From: Bdellovibrionales bacterium
Lineage (GTDB): Bacteria > Bdellovibrionota > Bdellovibrionia > Bdellovibrionales > JAUICD01
Direction: 5' to 3'
Assembly (NCBI GenBank): GCA_965262715.1
Contig: OZ253553.1
Span: 2,528,001-2,592,000, forward strand
Length of the DNA stretch: 64,000 nucleotides
The position numbers were made by a program, and so were the translations under genes. Every line of letters begins with the position of its first letter. The first letter of the stretch is position 1. Below, in pieces: positions 48,735 to 57,983 of this stretch. The notes under the pieces were generated by a model. The model saw only the letters and a list, made by a program, of their open reading frames with translations. It was not told the origin of the DNA and did no database searches.

Positions 48735-49257
48735 AATCCTTTTTGGACTTTCAGGATCTATTGCTTGTTATAAAGCTGCCTCTTTAATTTCTGACCTTGT
48801 ACAATCTGGATATCAGGTGCAAACAGTTGCAACAAACAAAGCTCTAAAGTTTATTGGAAGTAGCGCTCTAGAAGGATTAACCTCTCATCCTGTTCTTACA
48901 GACTTATATCAAGAATCCCGTCAAATGGATCATATCCATTTAGTAAGAAATGTGGATCTATTTGTAATTTGTCCTGCAACAGCTAGTTTCATTAATAAAG
49001 TTTTTGCAGGAATAGCAGACGATTTATTAAGCGCTTGTTTTATTGCAAATAATTTTAAGATAAAATGTCTTATTGTACCTGCGATGAATGTAGAAATGTT
49101 TAATTACCCTGCAACTCAAAGAGCACTCGAGGGCTTACAAAAATGGGGAGCTTTTATGCTCATTGGAGAGCAAGGCTCACTTGCTTGCGGAGAAGATGGG
49201 TTTGGCCGTATGGCTGAAGTTGAAGATATCAAAACACAGATCATAAAATTATTATGA
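48706..49257 (+). CDS. coaC: Phosphopantothenoylcysteine decarboxylase (stand-alone CoaC)
   Basis: SGSIACYKA, DHIHL, PATA, GIADDL, PAMNVEM, LACGEDGFGRM. Confidence 0.92.
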   Translation: MLKSQKTKNKILFGLSGSIACYKAASLISDLVQSGYQVQTVATNKALKFIGSSALEGLTSHPVLTDLYQESRQMDHIHLVRNVDLFVICPATASFINKVFAGIADDLLSACFIANNFKIKCLIVPAMNVEMFNYPATQRALEGLQKWGAFMLIGEQGSLACGEDGFGRMAEVEDIKTQIIKLL

Positions 49258-49919
49258 AAATATTAATCACAGCAGGTGGATGTAAAGAGCCTATAGATCG
49301 CATACGTCATATTGCGAATTTTAGTAGTGGTCAAACGGGTCTTTTTTTAACTCATTTTTTTTTAGAAAAAAAGCATGAAGTCACACTTTTAATATCCTCT
49401 GATGTTTCTATCTCTTCTTATATTAAAGACCATGCGCATATAGAAAAGTTTACAACATTTGAAGATATCAAAGAATCTTTAATATCTTTACTAAAACTAA
49501 AACACTTTGATAGCGTAATCCACTTAGCTGCAGTAAGTGATTATTTTGTCTCTGATATTTTTTTAGATGGAGTTTCAGTTAAAAATCAGAGGTCTCTCAA
49601 AAAAATCACAGGATCTAAAGAGATAACTCTTAAATTAAAACAAAATCCAAAACTTTTATCTCAGTTAAAATCTTTTTCTAAAAATAAAGACATCTTTATA
49701 GTTGGCTTTAAATTAACAGACACACCCCATATAGAAGAGGAGAAAGCTCAAGTGAAAGAAATGCTTTTAAATAACAATATTGATGGCTTAGTTCACAATA
49801 GATTTAATGAAGTAGAAGGAGATCAGCATATTGCTCAAATTTATAAAAAAGGAGTTTTTTTCCGAAAAACAGAACCTAAAAAACAACTCGCACAAGTCCT
49901 TCTAGAAATCATTAGTTAA
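49254..49919 (+). CDS. coaB: Phosphopantothenate--cysteine ligase (stand-alone CoaB)
   Basis: ILITAGGCKEPIDRIRHIANFSSG, HLAAVSDY, VGFKL; ATGA overlap with coaC. Confidence 0.9.
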   Translation: MKILITAGGCKEPIDRIRHIANFSSGQTGLFLTHFFLEKKHEVTLLISSDVSISSYIKDHAHIEKFTTFEDIKESLISLLKLKHFDSVIHLAAVSDYFVSDIFLDGVSVKNQRSLKKITGSKEITLKLKQNPKLLSQLKSFSKNKDIFIVGFKLTDTPHIEEEKAQVKEMLLNNNIDGLVHNRFNEVEGDQHIAQIYKKGVFFRKTEPKKQLAQVLLEIIS

Positions 49920-50091
49920 CCTTAAAATTAATAACAGATCTTACGCAATGAGGTTGAGATCAAGTTTCAAATATTTTTACACAATTTCTATAGAAAAACC
50001 CCAAGTTTATCAGGTGGATTCAAGTTGTAAGTGCAACTCCTTACATAGTTGTATAAATGTTTTCCACAGCTGCACTGTGGATTGATTCACG

Positions 50092-50274
50092 TCAATATAA
50101 TGGACTTAGTAACAGATCTGGATTTTCTATTTCCCTTAATGCTCCATTTAATTCAGAAACATTTTTTTGAGCATCATGGTAAAGCTTCATAAATTCTATA
50201 AATTTTGGATGCTTTTGAATTTCTATTTTAGAAGGTAACTCTTCTAAATCAAATGGATGTTCAGAGTGAAACAT
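50092..50274 (-). pseudogene. Truncated Fic-family gene (N-terminal domain only)
   Basis: SELNGALREIENPDLLL parallels GELNGITKLLKNPDLFI in the neighbouring Fic; RBS present; ends after 60 aa. Confidence 0.7.
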
Positions 50275-50282
50275 AGTATACC

Positions 50283-50445
50283 TTTCTATGATAAAAAATT
50301 GCCGTATCTTCGTCTATATCTTATATAACGAAAAAATGCCATATCTTCGATCTATAACATCCTATACAACGAAAATTTGCCATTTTTTCGACCTATCACA
50401 CTCTATATAACGAAAAAATACCACTTTTTCGATCTATGATACTCT
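50283..50445. repeat. About four degenerate 41-bp tandem repeats directly upstream of the truncated fic
   Basis: Unit approximately CTATATAACGAAAAAATGCCATATCTTCGATCTATAACATC. Confidence 0.85.
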
Positions 50446-50478
50446 AGTTTTTAGATATTGTAATAATCAGGGTTACTT

Positions 50479-50598
50479 AATTTTAACGTTTTATAGTCAA
50501 TTCGTTAATTTAAGGCAAGTTCATTAACGTCAACGTTAATAGAAATAGATTATTTTAACGTTTTTTGACCAATTCATTAATTTAATATCAATTATGAA
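50479..50598. repeat. 72-bp-period repeat array (about 1.6 units) downstream of fic
   Basis: TTTTAACG at 50481 and 50553; same unit as 51899-52160. Confidence 0.85.
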
Positions 50599-50714
50599 TA
50601 TCCATACTATATCCACAGTTTTTTATGACCATCTTAAATAAGCTAGTAATTATTTAACTGTTTATTTTTTTCGCTCTACAAGGTTTATTCATAAGTTAAT
50701 AATAAAATAGAGCA

Positions 50715-51866
50715 TCACTCAGTCCCTCTCTTTAATATAGCTAAGTATTTATCCATTGAGATAACAGTGCCTCTAGGAGAATCCTTTAATGAAACAATCT
50801 CTTTTTTTTGAAATGCTTCTACTGTGCGCTTAACAGTGGGATATGGGATATTAAACCTTTTAGACAGTCTTGAAACAGAAATAAGAGGATTCTCGCATAG
50901 AATATCATAGATATGATGAGAATGTTTAAGCCCTTTTAATTCTTTGGTAACTATATTGCGTTGACTCTCAATAAAATCAAACAACTGATTGGCAGTATTA
51001 AGTGCCTCTAAAGAAGTTTCTCGAATTCCACGCAGAAAGAATTTAATCCATTCATTCCAATCACCCTCAAATCTAACTTTCATTAAAAGATCATAATAAT
51101 CACTTCTATGCTTCTTGAAAAATAGGCTTAAATATAAAAGTGTCCCTTGCAATATTTTTTTATCACAAAGTAAAAAAGTTATTAGCAGGCGACCTATTCG
51201 ACCATTACCATCATTAAAAGGATGTATTGTCTCAAAATAACTATGTATCACTGCGGCTTTGATTAATACATGACAACCATTTTTTTCATGATAATATTTT
51301 TCTAAATCTCCCATATACTCTATTGTAAAATCAGGAGGAACAGGGATAAATGTGGCTTCATTGAGCTGACATCCAGGATGACCAATCCAATTTTGCAGTT
51401 TTTTAAATTCACCGGATAACTTTTCTCCACCTCTAACTCCCATTAACAATGTTTGATGAATTTCTTTAATTAATCGAAGAGAAAAAGGCAATGTTTTTAA
51501 TCTTTCTAACCCTAAAGTCATTGCTTTAATATAATTAACAACTTCATCAACAGGTTTCATTTCTGTATGATTTTCATCAAATTGAAGTACTTCTTCAAGT
51601 GAACATTGAGTTCCTTCAATTTGAGAGCTCAGTAATGCTTCTTTTTGTACATAAAAAGCTATAAACAAATCCGGATTTTTTAATAACTTAGTGATGCCAT
51701 TTAATTCACCTAAAGCACTACTTGCATCAGCAAGTAAATTTATAAGAGAGTTATCCCATTTTATACCTCGAGGTCCTCCTGATTCTAACTTATGAGGAAA
51801 ATAAGCATGATATCCTCTAGGTTGTTTAATAGTCTTTCCTACATTATTTTCAGATACAGCTTCCAT
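50715..51866 (-). CDS. Class II Fic protein (AMPylase) with a C-terminal HTH
   Basis: Canonical HPFNDGNGRIGR motif; N-terminal inhibitory SSQIEG motif; C-terminal ISVSRLSKRFNIPYPTVKRTV. Confidence 0.93.
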   Translation of the reverse strand: MEAVSENNVGKTIKQPRGYHAYFPHKLESGGPRGIKWDNSLINLLADASSALGELNGITKLLKNPDLFIAFYVQKEALLSSQIEGTQCSLEEVLQFDENHTEMKPVDEVVNYIKAMTLGLERLKTLPFSLRLIKEIHQTLLMGVRGGEKLSGEFKKLQNWIGHPGCQLNEATFIPVPPDFTIEYMGDLEKYYHEKNGCHVLIKAAVIHSYFETIHPFNDGNGRIGRLLITFLLCDKKILQGTLLYLSLFFKKHRSDYYDLLMKVRFEGDWNEWIKFFLRGIRETSLEALNTANQLFDFIESQRNIVTKELKGLKHSHHIYDILCENPLISVSRLSKRFNIPYPTVKRTVEAFQKKEIVSLKDSPRGTVISMDKYLAILKRGTE

Positions 51867-51898
51867 TACATCCTCTATAAAAACCTAATAGCTGTGAC

Positions 51899-52160
51899 TA
51901 TTAACGTTTTATAGTTAAATCGTTAATATATAGCCATTGTATTAACACCAGTGTTAATAAAAATAGGCTATTTTAACATTTTATAACGAATTCATTAATA
52001 TAAAGTCAATCTATTAACACCAGTGTTAATGAGAATAGGCTATTTTAACGTTTGACGATGAATTCATTAATTTAAGGTCAATCCATTAACGCCGGTGTTA
52101 AAGGATATAGTTTATTTTAACGTTTTATTGTCAATTCGTTAATTCAATACCAACTATGAA
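51899..52160. repeat. 72-bp-period repeat array (about 3.6 units) upstream of fic
   Basis: Units start at 51899, 51971, 52043 and 52115; full units contain the palindrome ATTAACR-N4-YGTTAAW. Confidence 0.9.
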
Positions 52161-52176
52161 GCTATATTCTTAGATA

Positions 52177-52274
52177 TTTTTAATCATTATGACAAAAAGG
52201 CGAGTTCTTCCGCAGGATCATTGCTTTTTAGCAATGATTCGAGGACTACTCGCCTTTGGCATAATGATTAAAAT
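52177..52274. repeat. Long imperfect hairpin (about 97 bp)
   Basis: TTTTAATCATTATG/CATAATGATTAAAA, AAAGGCGAGT/ACTCGCCTTT and ATCATTGCT/AGCAATGAT nested arms. Confidence 0.85.
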
Positions 52275-52323
52275 CTGTCACTTAAAAATAAATATCACCT
52301 GAAGATAAAAGACTATCTCAACA

Positions 52324-53286
52324 CTAAGGAAATTTGATATCTAAAACTTGATACCCTTTTTGACTGCAAACTTCACGAATATTTTCTTTTTCATCTGTCC
52401 ATATCATGACACAACCACCACCACCAGCTCCACAAATCTTTATGACAGAAGATGTAGGTATACATCCTCGAAGCTCTTTGATTTCGGGACTGCTAAAAGT
52501 TTCTGTAAGAGACATTCTAGCTGAGAATTCTTCATCAAATAACCCTTTTAAATCATCTAAATCTTGATTTAAAAATCGGTGATACATTTCTTCAGATACT
52601 CGAGCAATTTTTTCAAATGCCTTTTTTGTTTTTTTATCTCCATCAATAAAATCTTTTAAAACCCTCCAATTATTCCATCCTGATTTATGAGATCTACCTG
52701 TGTAAACAAGTAAACATTTGTCTTTAACCACAGAAGAAGTTTGTATATGTTTCCAACTGATACCATTTAAATCATAAGAGATCATAACTGCTCCTGTCTT
52801 TAATACAGGAATAAAATAATCCTGTGTGCCTGTAGGTTGTCCTAGAAAATGGGCTTCTATATTATGTGCTAAGGTTACACGAGATAAAATTGACTGCTCT
52901 TCTCCTAAAACCTGATGAAAAACTTCTAATAAGCCTATCAATAAACTAGAACTACCACCAAGCCCAGCTCCTACAGGGCTCATAGCATTCACATTTAAAT
53001 CAAAGCCAAAGTCAGGATTAAAATACTTTAAAACTTCTTTGATCAAGCCTATTTCTTTATCAGGAGATGTAAGAACATCTTTCAATGAAGAAAATGTTTT
53101 TTGATAATGAAGATCAGTTAAGCTCAAATGAATATATAAATCAGAACGTTTTTTCAAATCTACATGAGTGTAAAGATCAATAGCAAAATTAATAGTGTAA
53201 GCTTTACCTAAGATAGCATAAACAGGCCATAAATCTAAAGTTCCACCAGCTAAATCAATGCGTGTAGGACAAGTTGCCTTAGCCAT
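52324..53286 (-). CDS. GHMP-family sugar kinase (HddA-like)
   Basis: PTRIDLAGGTLD, PVGAGLGGSS, TGTQDY, KICGAGGGG; ATG 53286. Confidence 0.88.
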   Translation of the reverse strand: MAKATCPTRIDLAGGTLDLWPVYAILGKAYTINFAIDLYTHVDLKKRSDLYIHLSLTDLHYQKTFSSLKDVLTSPDKEIGLIKEVLKYFNPDFGFDLNVNAMSPVGAGLGGSSSLLIGLLEVFHQVLGEEQSILSRVTLAHNIEAHFLGQPTGTQDYFIPVLKTGAVMISYDLNGISWKHIQTSSVVKDKCLLVYTGRSHKSGWNNWRVLKDFIDGDKKTKKAFEKIARVSEEMYHRFLNQDLDDLKGLFDEEFSARMSLTETFSSPEIKELRGCIPTSSVIKICGAGGGGCVMIWTDEKENIREVCSQKGYQVLDIKFP

Positions 53287-54364
53287 TATCTTTAGAAGAT
53301 TGGCTTGTTGAAGGGCTAATCTCTTGAGCTTTTTTATCTTCTGATGATTTGTCATCAGCTTGATCTATAGACTTGCTTTCGCCTTTTTTATCTTTATCAG
53401 AGCTTATCTTTAATGGGTCTTCTGGGTCTTTCACCAAAGCTTCCACATCTTTAAAAAGACTTTCTACAGAAGTTTTAGACAGCTTAATAGCTACATCCCT
53501 TGGCATGTTATATACATAAGCATTATTACCTTCAATTGGAGCAAACTTTAAATCATGAAAGCTTTCTAACTTATCCTCTTGTATAATAATATTAAAAACC
53601 CAATTATCAAATAGACTTGCGTCTCTAGACACAAACTCTTGTACCTCTAGATCTTTTATCGTTTCCAAGTAATCCTCTACTGCATCTCGCGCTTGACCAT
53701 CTAAAGTCCAACCTGTTTCTGTTTTTATAAATTGCATTTCTGAAGGTATGTTTTTTGCTTCTTGATTCATCCTGTGTTTAATAATTATCTTTTTAGGATT
53801 ATTAAACACAATAACATCTTTACTTCTAAACTCATTTGGGTTTTTACCTAATTGACTTCTCCACCAAGAATCACCTACCCAGATATTGTCTTTTTTCATT
53901 AAATAAGTTTTTTTATTTAAACCCTCTACACGACCAACTTTCACATCTAAAGACGTTTTGTCTTCTAAAGTTACTTGAAAAGATCCAATTGGATTGTCTA
54001 AGCCATATTTTTCCAGCGTATTTGTATCTTGAGAAATTTCAGCTTCATCTAGCTTGATATCAGATTTTTGCTCTGTAAGTTGATCTAAAAAAATAGAAAC
54101 AGATGTTGTATCTGCAAAGTCAATTATAGGACTTACAATCTTCCATTGATCTTCATCCTCTTTATCAACAGAAATTTTTTCTAAGGAAACTTTAATATCT
54201 TCGCCTGCTCTCTCACTATTAGTGATTGTAAATTTCTGAATAGAAGATACATCTGTGGAAAAAATATGAGACGCTTTTTCTTTACGCTCTTCACCTTTGA
54301 ACTCTACAAAATAATCATAAGCTACAACAAGCGCAACTAATAGTGCAAACAAAGCCTTTTTCAT
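53279..54364 (-). CDS. DUF4340-domain protein
   Basis: N-terminal TM; WKIVSPI..ADT, LEKYGLDNP; follows a gldG-like gene. Confidence 0.75.
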   Translation of the reverse strand: MKKALFALLVALVVAYDYFVEFKGEERKEKASHIFSTDVSSIQKFTITNSERAGEDIKVSLEKISVDKEDEDQWKIVSPIIDFADTTSVSIFLDQLTEQKSDIKLDEAEISQDTNTLEKYGLDNPIGSFQVTLEDKTSLDVKVGRVEGLNKKTYLMKKDNIWVGDSWWRSQLGKNPNEFRSKDVIVFNNPKKIIIKHRMNQEAKNIPSEMQFIKTETGWTLDGQARDAVEDYLETIKDLEVQEFVSRDASLFDNWVFNIIIQEDKLESFHDLKFAPIEGNNAYVYNMPRDVAIKLSKTSVESLFKDVEALVKDPEDPLKISSDKDKKGESKSIDQADDKSSEDKKAQEISPSTSQSSKDNG

Positions 54365-56022
54365 TATGCATTTCTTCTTCTATAAAATAAAATAAAAGCA
54401 AAAATGAAGAAAATAAGAGGAAGTATAATAACAGATACTACAAGAACTCTGTAGGCAGTATCGCTCATACCTTTAAATGTTGTTTGATTAGCAGATTTAG
54501 GCCTAATGCTTACAAGGTCCTCATCTGCTGCAAGCACCGCCACTGTATTCAAAACCAAATCCCTATTAAGCTGCTGAAAAAGACGAGAATTTGTAAAAAT
54601 ATCACTATCTCCATATAAAACAGTATGAAACTCTTTATTTTCTTTCTTTTCAGGTGCTTCTGCATCTGTATCATTTTCTGCTTTTTTAGTACTCTCTTCA
54701 GATTTATTACTTCCATCTAATTTTGTATCATCTGTACCAGAAGAAGTATCTGCCTCATCAGCAGTATCGCCTTCACCTGTTTCTGGAAAAGAACCTTTAA
54801 CAGACTTAACTAAAGTAAAAGGTCCATTAGCACTCACTTCAGCTTCTCTTGCAAGAGTTTTTGTGGCAACTGTCAGTGGACTGGTTTTTACTATATCTTC
54901 CTGTGTTAAAGGATCTTCAGATTTTGTTGTTTCTATATTATCCCATCCTGATGACATAAAAAATAAAGTCATAGCTGATGGAAATTGCTCAGTGATAGAA
55001 TTTGTCGTTGAATAAGTTGTGCCTAATGCTGTTAGAGGAACCTCACGTAATAAGGCAGACATTTTATCGATCACATAATCACCACGAAACTTAACACCTA
55101 GACGAGATAAAATACCATCGAAATTATGCTCTACTCCTGGCTCCAAAGCTAAAAGAAGATTTCCACCATTCTTTAAGTAGTTCTCTACCATTTGAACTTC
55201 AAAATCTAAAAAAAGTCTTTGAGGTCCTAAAATAAAAAGAACATCTGCATCTTCAGGTATTCTTCCCTGAGTGGATAAAGCATCTAACGTTTTTATATTA
55301 TAGCTAGCCGATTCTAGCTCATTTTTAAAAGAACTACCCCCACGTTCTTCATCTGCATCCAAGTCAACCTCTTCATGATTTTTAAAAAAATACAAATTCT
55401 TCTGCTCAACCCGGGTCACCTTAATAATAGCATTGGTAACCTCTTCCTCTGTAGGGACATCAACTCTTGTTTTTTGGCCTTTATACTCTACAATCATTCC
55501 TCCTGCTTCATCTATATTGTACTCTCTCGCTAAAGCAGGTTCCAAATGAGGATTGATGTAAGATTCTTCTACCTTGTTAGATTCCTGTCTATACTTACGC
55601 AGCACATCTTTAAACATCATTTGTTGCTGATCATGATTTTGATTGCCCTTAACAAAAAAGCCCCTAAACACTAAAGGTTCTTCAAGCTGAGATAGAATCT
55701 CTACCGTCTGATCTGCTAAAGTAAAAAGATTTTCTTGAGTTAAGTCCCATGTTTTGTTGTTCTTGATAGCAATATGATTGATGGCAATCATAAGAATCAA
55801 ACACAAAATAATAATGGTCCCCATATTAAGACCATTACGGGTGGTTTTTAAAAACAAAAACTCCTTATAAATCTGAAAATCAACACCAAAAGCCCCTATT
55901 AAACAAGGTAAAGCAACTAAAAGTGGGATATAAGTTTTCTCATAAGAAAGGAGATTTAATAACAAAAATATAATTAAAGAAAAAAATGTAACCCCTAAAA
56001 GAACTTTTCCAATTTTACTCAT
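54364..56022 (-). CDS. gldG: GldG-family ABC transporter auxiliary component
   Basis: WDLTQENLFTL, EEEVTNAIIKV, IPEDADVLFILGP, YLKNGGNLL, YGDSDIF, C-terminal TM. Confidence 0.85.
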   Translation of the reverse strand: MSKIGKVLLGVTFFSLIIFLLLNLLSYEKTYIPLLVALPCLIGAFGVDFQIYKEFLFLKTTRNGLNMGTIIILCLILMIAINHIAIKNNKTWDLTQENLFTLADQTVEILSQLEEPLVFRGFFVKGNQNHDQQQMMFKDVLRKYRQESNKVEESYINPHLEPALAREYNIDEAGGMIVEYKGQKTRVDVPTEEEVTNAIIKVTRVEQKNLYFFKNHEEVDLDADEERGGSSFKNELESASYNIKTLDALSTQGRIPEDADVLFILGPQRLFLDFEVQMVENYLKNGGNLLLALEPGVEHNFDGILSRLGVKFRGDYVIDKMSALLREVPLTALGTTYSTTNSITEQFPSAMTLFFMSSGWDNIETTKSEDPLTQEDIVKTSPLTVATKTLAREAEVSANGPFTLVKSVKGSFPETGEGDTADEADTSSGTDDTKLDGSNKSEESTKKAENDTDAEAPEKKENKEFHTVLYGDSDIFTNSRLFQQLNRDLVLNTVAVLAADEDLVSIRPKSANQTTFKGMSDTAYRVLVVSVIILPLIFFIFAFILFYRRRNA

Positions 56023-56055
56023 ATTATCTTAACACCTCTTTTTCGTTATATCTTT

Positions 56056-56844
56056 TCAACCTCTCCATCTAGAAGATTCAATAATACGCTCACCTAAAAA
56101 ACAGAAGAACACTATGATTGTGGTACAAAAAACTAAACTCGATAACTGTAAGTTACCTGCTATAAAGTTATTGATGTGTTGATTCAAGGAAACATGCTCT
56201 AATGCATCCATCAACATCCTATTATCTGTATAAAAATTAGAAAAAGATGAGACAATTAAAAAAGTTATGTTCAAAATAAATCCAGATATAATTGCTACCG
56301 GAAAAGAATTTGTAAAACTAGAACAAAATAAAGCCGCTGAAGTGTAAATACCAGAAACTAAAAAAAGCCCTAAATAAGCAGATAAAAACTTACTCCATTG
56401 AATATCTACAAACAAATTAGCACTTAAAGGATAAACCATTGTAATAAGTATAATTAACCAAACGGCCATAAGACCGCCAAAGAACTTACCCACAATAATA
56501 GATGCAGAGCTTAAAGGACTTGTCATTAAAAGATCAAAAGAATATAATTTTTTATCCTCCGATATAACACGAGCAATAATGACAGGAGTTATAAATATAA
56601 ATAAAAAGCTTATAAAGCCGACATATTGAGAAATAACAGAGTTATGAAAATTAACTGAACCACCACCAAAAGGATTTACAGGACCCCTCTGCACAGCATT
56701 GATAAAACCACTAAAAGATAGTAAATAAATATAGCATATCATACCAAAGAAAACCCCTAAGGTTATGAGATAGCCTGGACTAAAAATAAAACTTTTTAGT
56801 TCTTTTTTACAAATTACATAAATAGGGTTTGACTTCAAAAACAT
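56056..56844 (-). CDS. gldF: ABC-2 permease, GldF-like
   Basis: KKELKSFIFSP, six TMs, LLMTSPLS..IIVGKF. Confidence 0.85.
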   Translation of the reverse strand: MFLKSNPIYVICKKELKSFIFSPGYLITLGVFFGMICYIYLLSFSGFINAVQRGPVNPFGGGSVNFHNSVISQYVGFISFLFIFITPVIIARVISEDKKLYSFDLLMTSPLSSASIIVGKFFGGLMAVWLIILITMVYPLSANLFVDIQWSKFLSAYLGLFLVSGIYTSAALFCSSFTNSFPVAIISGFILNITFLIVSSFSNFYTDNRMLMDALEHVSLNQHINNFIAGNLQLSSLVFCTTIIVFFCFLGERIIESSRWRG

Positions 56845-56873
56845 GCCTACTCCTTAATAATGTACATCTCTAC

Positions 56874-57830
56874 CTAAGCTTGTTCCTTATTATTACGCGT
56901 CAATTGTATAAAAATATCTTCTAACGACTTAGAAACCGTGTGACAAGACATCAATCCTACATTCATTTTAACCACACCAGAAATGACTTTCTCTTGTATT
57001 TCATCTTTATCAAAAGCTAAATTTAAAATATACTCCCCAAGGACAACACCAGATTCAGGATACGTGATAAATTCGACTCCTTCGATTTGAGATAGTTTTT
57101 TTTCTAAAGATGTATCTGATCGCCTCACTTTAATGAAAAGCTGCCTGTGACTCTGTCCAGAAACTTTTGCATTTAAAGCTTCTAAAGTGTCCTTAGCTAT
57201 AATTTGTCCCTCATTAATAATGATGATTTTTTGGCAAATAGCCTGTACTTCAGATAAAATATGAGTAGAAAGCAGTACAGTATGCTTTGTTTCTTTTAAT
57301 GAAAGAATAAGAGATCGTATTTCAAAAACCTGATTAGGATCTAAACCAACTGTCGGTTCATCTAAAATTAAAATTTCAGGATCTGACACTAAAGCTTGCG
57401 CTAAACCTACCCTCTGTTTAAAACCTTTAGACAAATTGTTGATCAATCTATTTTGTTGCTCTTTGATATTGACCTTTTCAAGAACATCGTCAACACGCTC
57501 CTTGATTTTCTTTTTAGGAACCTGCTTGAGCTCAGCTACATAATGCAAATATTCCCTAACATACATATCTCTATAAAGAGGAGGGTTTTCAGGTAGATAG
57601 CCAATTTTTCTTTTAACTTCAATAGGATGCTCAAAAACATCATGACCCCCCACTTTAACAATACCCTCTGTAGGAGACATAAGACCTGTGATGATCTTCA
57701 TAGTTGTGGATTTACCAGCACCATTAGGGCCTAAGAATCCTACAATAGCACCCTTATCCACAGAAAAATCTAGGTTTTTGATGGCTGTATGACGGCCATA
57801 TTTTTTCGTTAAATTACTAACCTGAATCAT
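56874..57830 (-). CDS. gldA: ABC transporter ATP-binding protein, GldA-like
   Basis: GPNGAGKST, LSKGFKQRVGLAQA, LILDEPTVGLDP, STHILSEV. Confidence 0.9.
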   Translation of the reverse strand: MIQVSNLTKKYGRHTAIKNLDFSVDKGAIVGFLGPNGAGKSTTMKIITGLMSPTEGIVKVGGHDVFEHPIEVKRKIGYLPENPPLYRDMYVREYLHYVAELKQVPKKKIKERVDDVLEKVNIKEQQNRLINNLSKGFKQRVGLAQALVSDPEILILDEPTVGLDPNQVFEIRSLILSLKETKHTVLLSTHILSEVQAICQKIIIINEGQIIAKDTLEALNAKVSGQSHRQLFIKVRRSDTSLEKKLSQIEGVEFITYPESGVVLGEYILNLAFDKDEIQEKVISGVVKMNVGLMSCHTVSKSLEDIFIQLTRNNKEQA

Positions 57831-57983
57831 AAATTAATTCTTCTTAAGCTTTTAACATCCCTAAATAAATTTACTTTTGGAAATAAAGAAATGTTATTAC
57901 AAGAGACCAACCATATCAAGTTCCTAAAAATAGATCATGCAATGAGTCGAAGTCTTTTGCATTCCCAAAAAGTCCACAATTTT

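Noticed and set aside
50283..52160. 41-bp and 72-bp arrays as the CRISPR array for the cas genes
   Set aside because: Degenerate tandem units without a repeat-spacer structure or a type V-A repeat signature, and 9 kb from cas2
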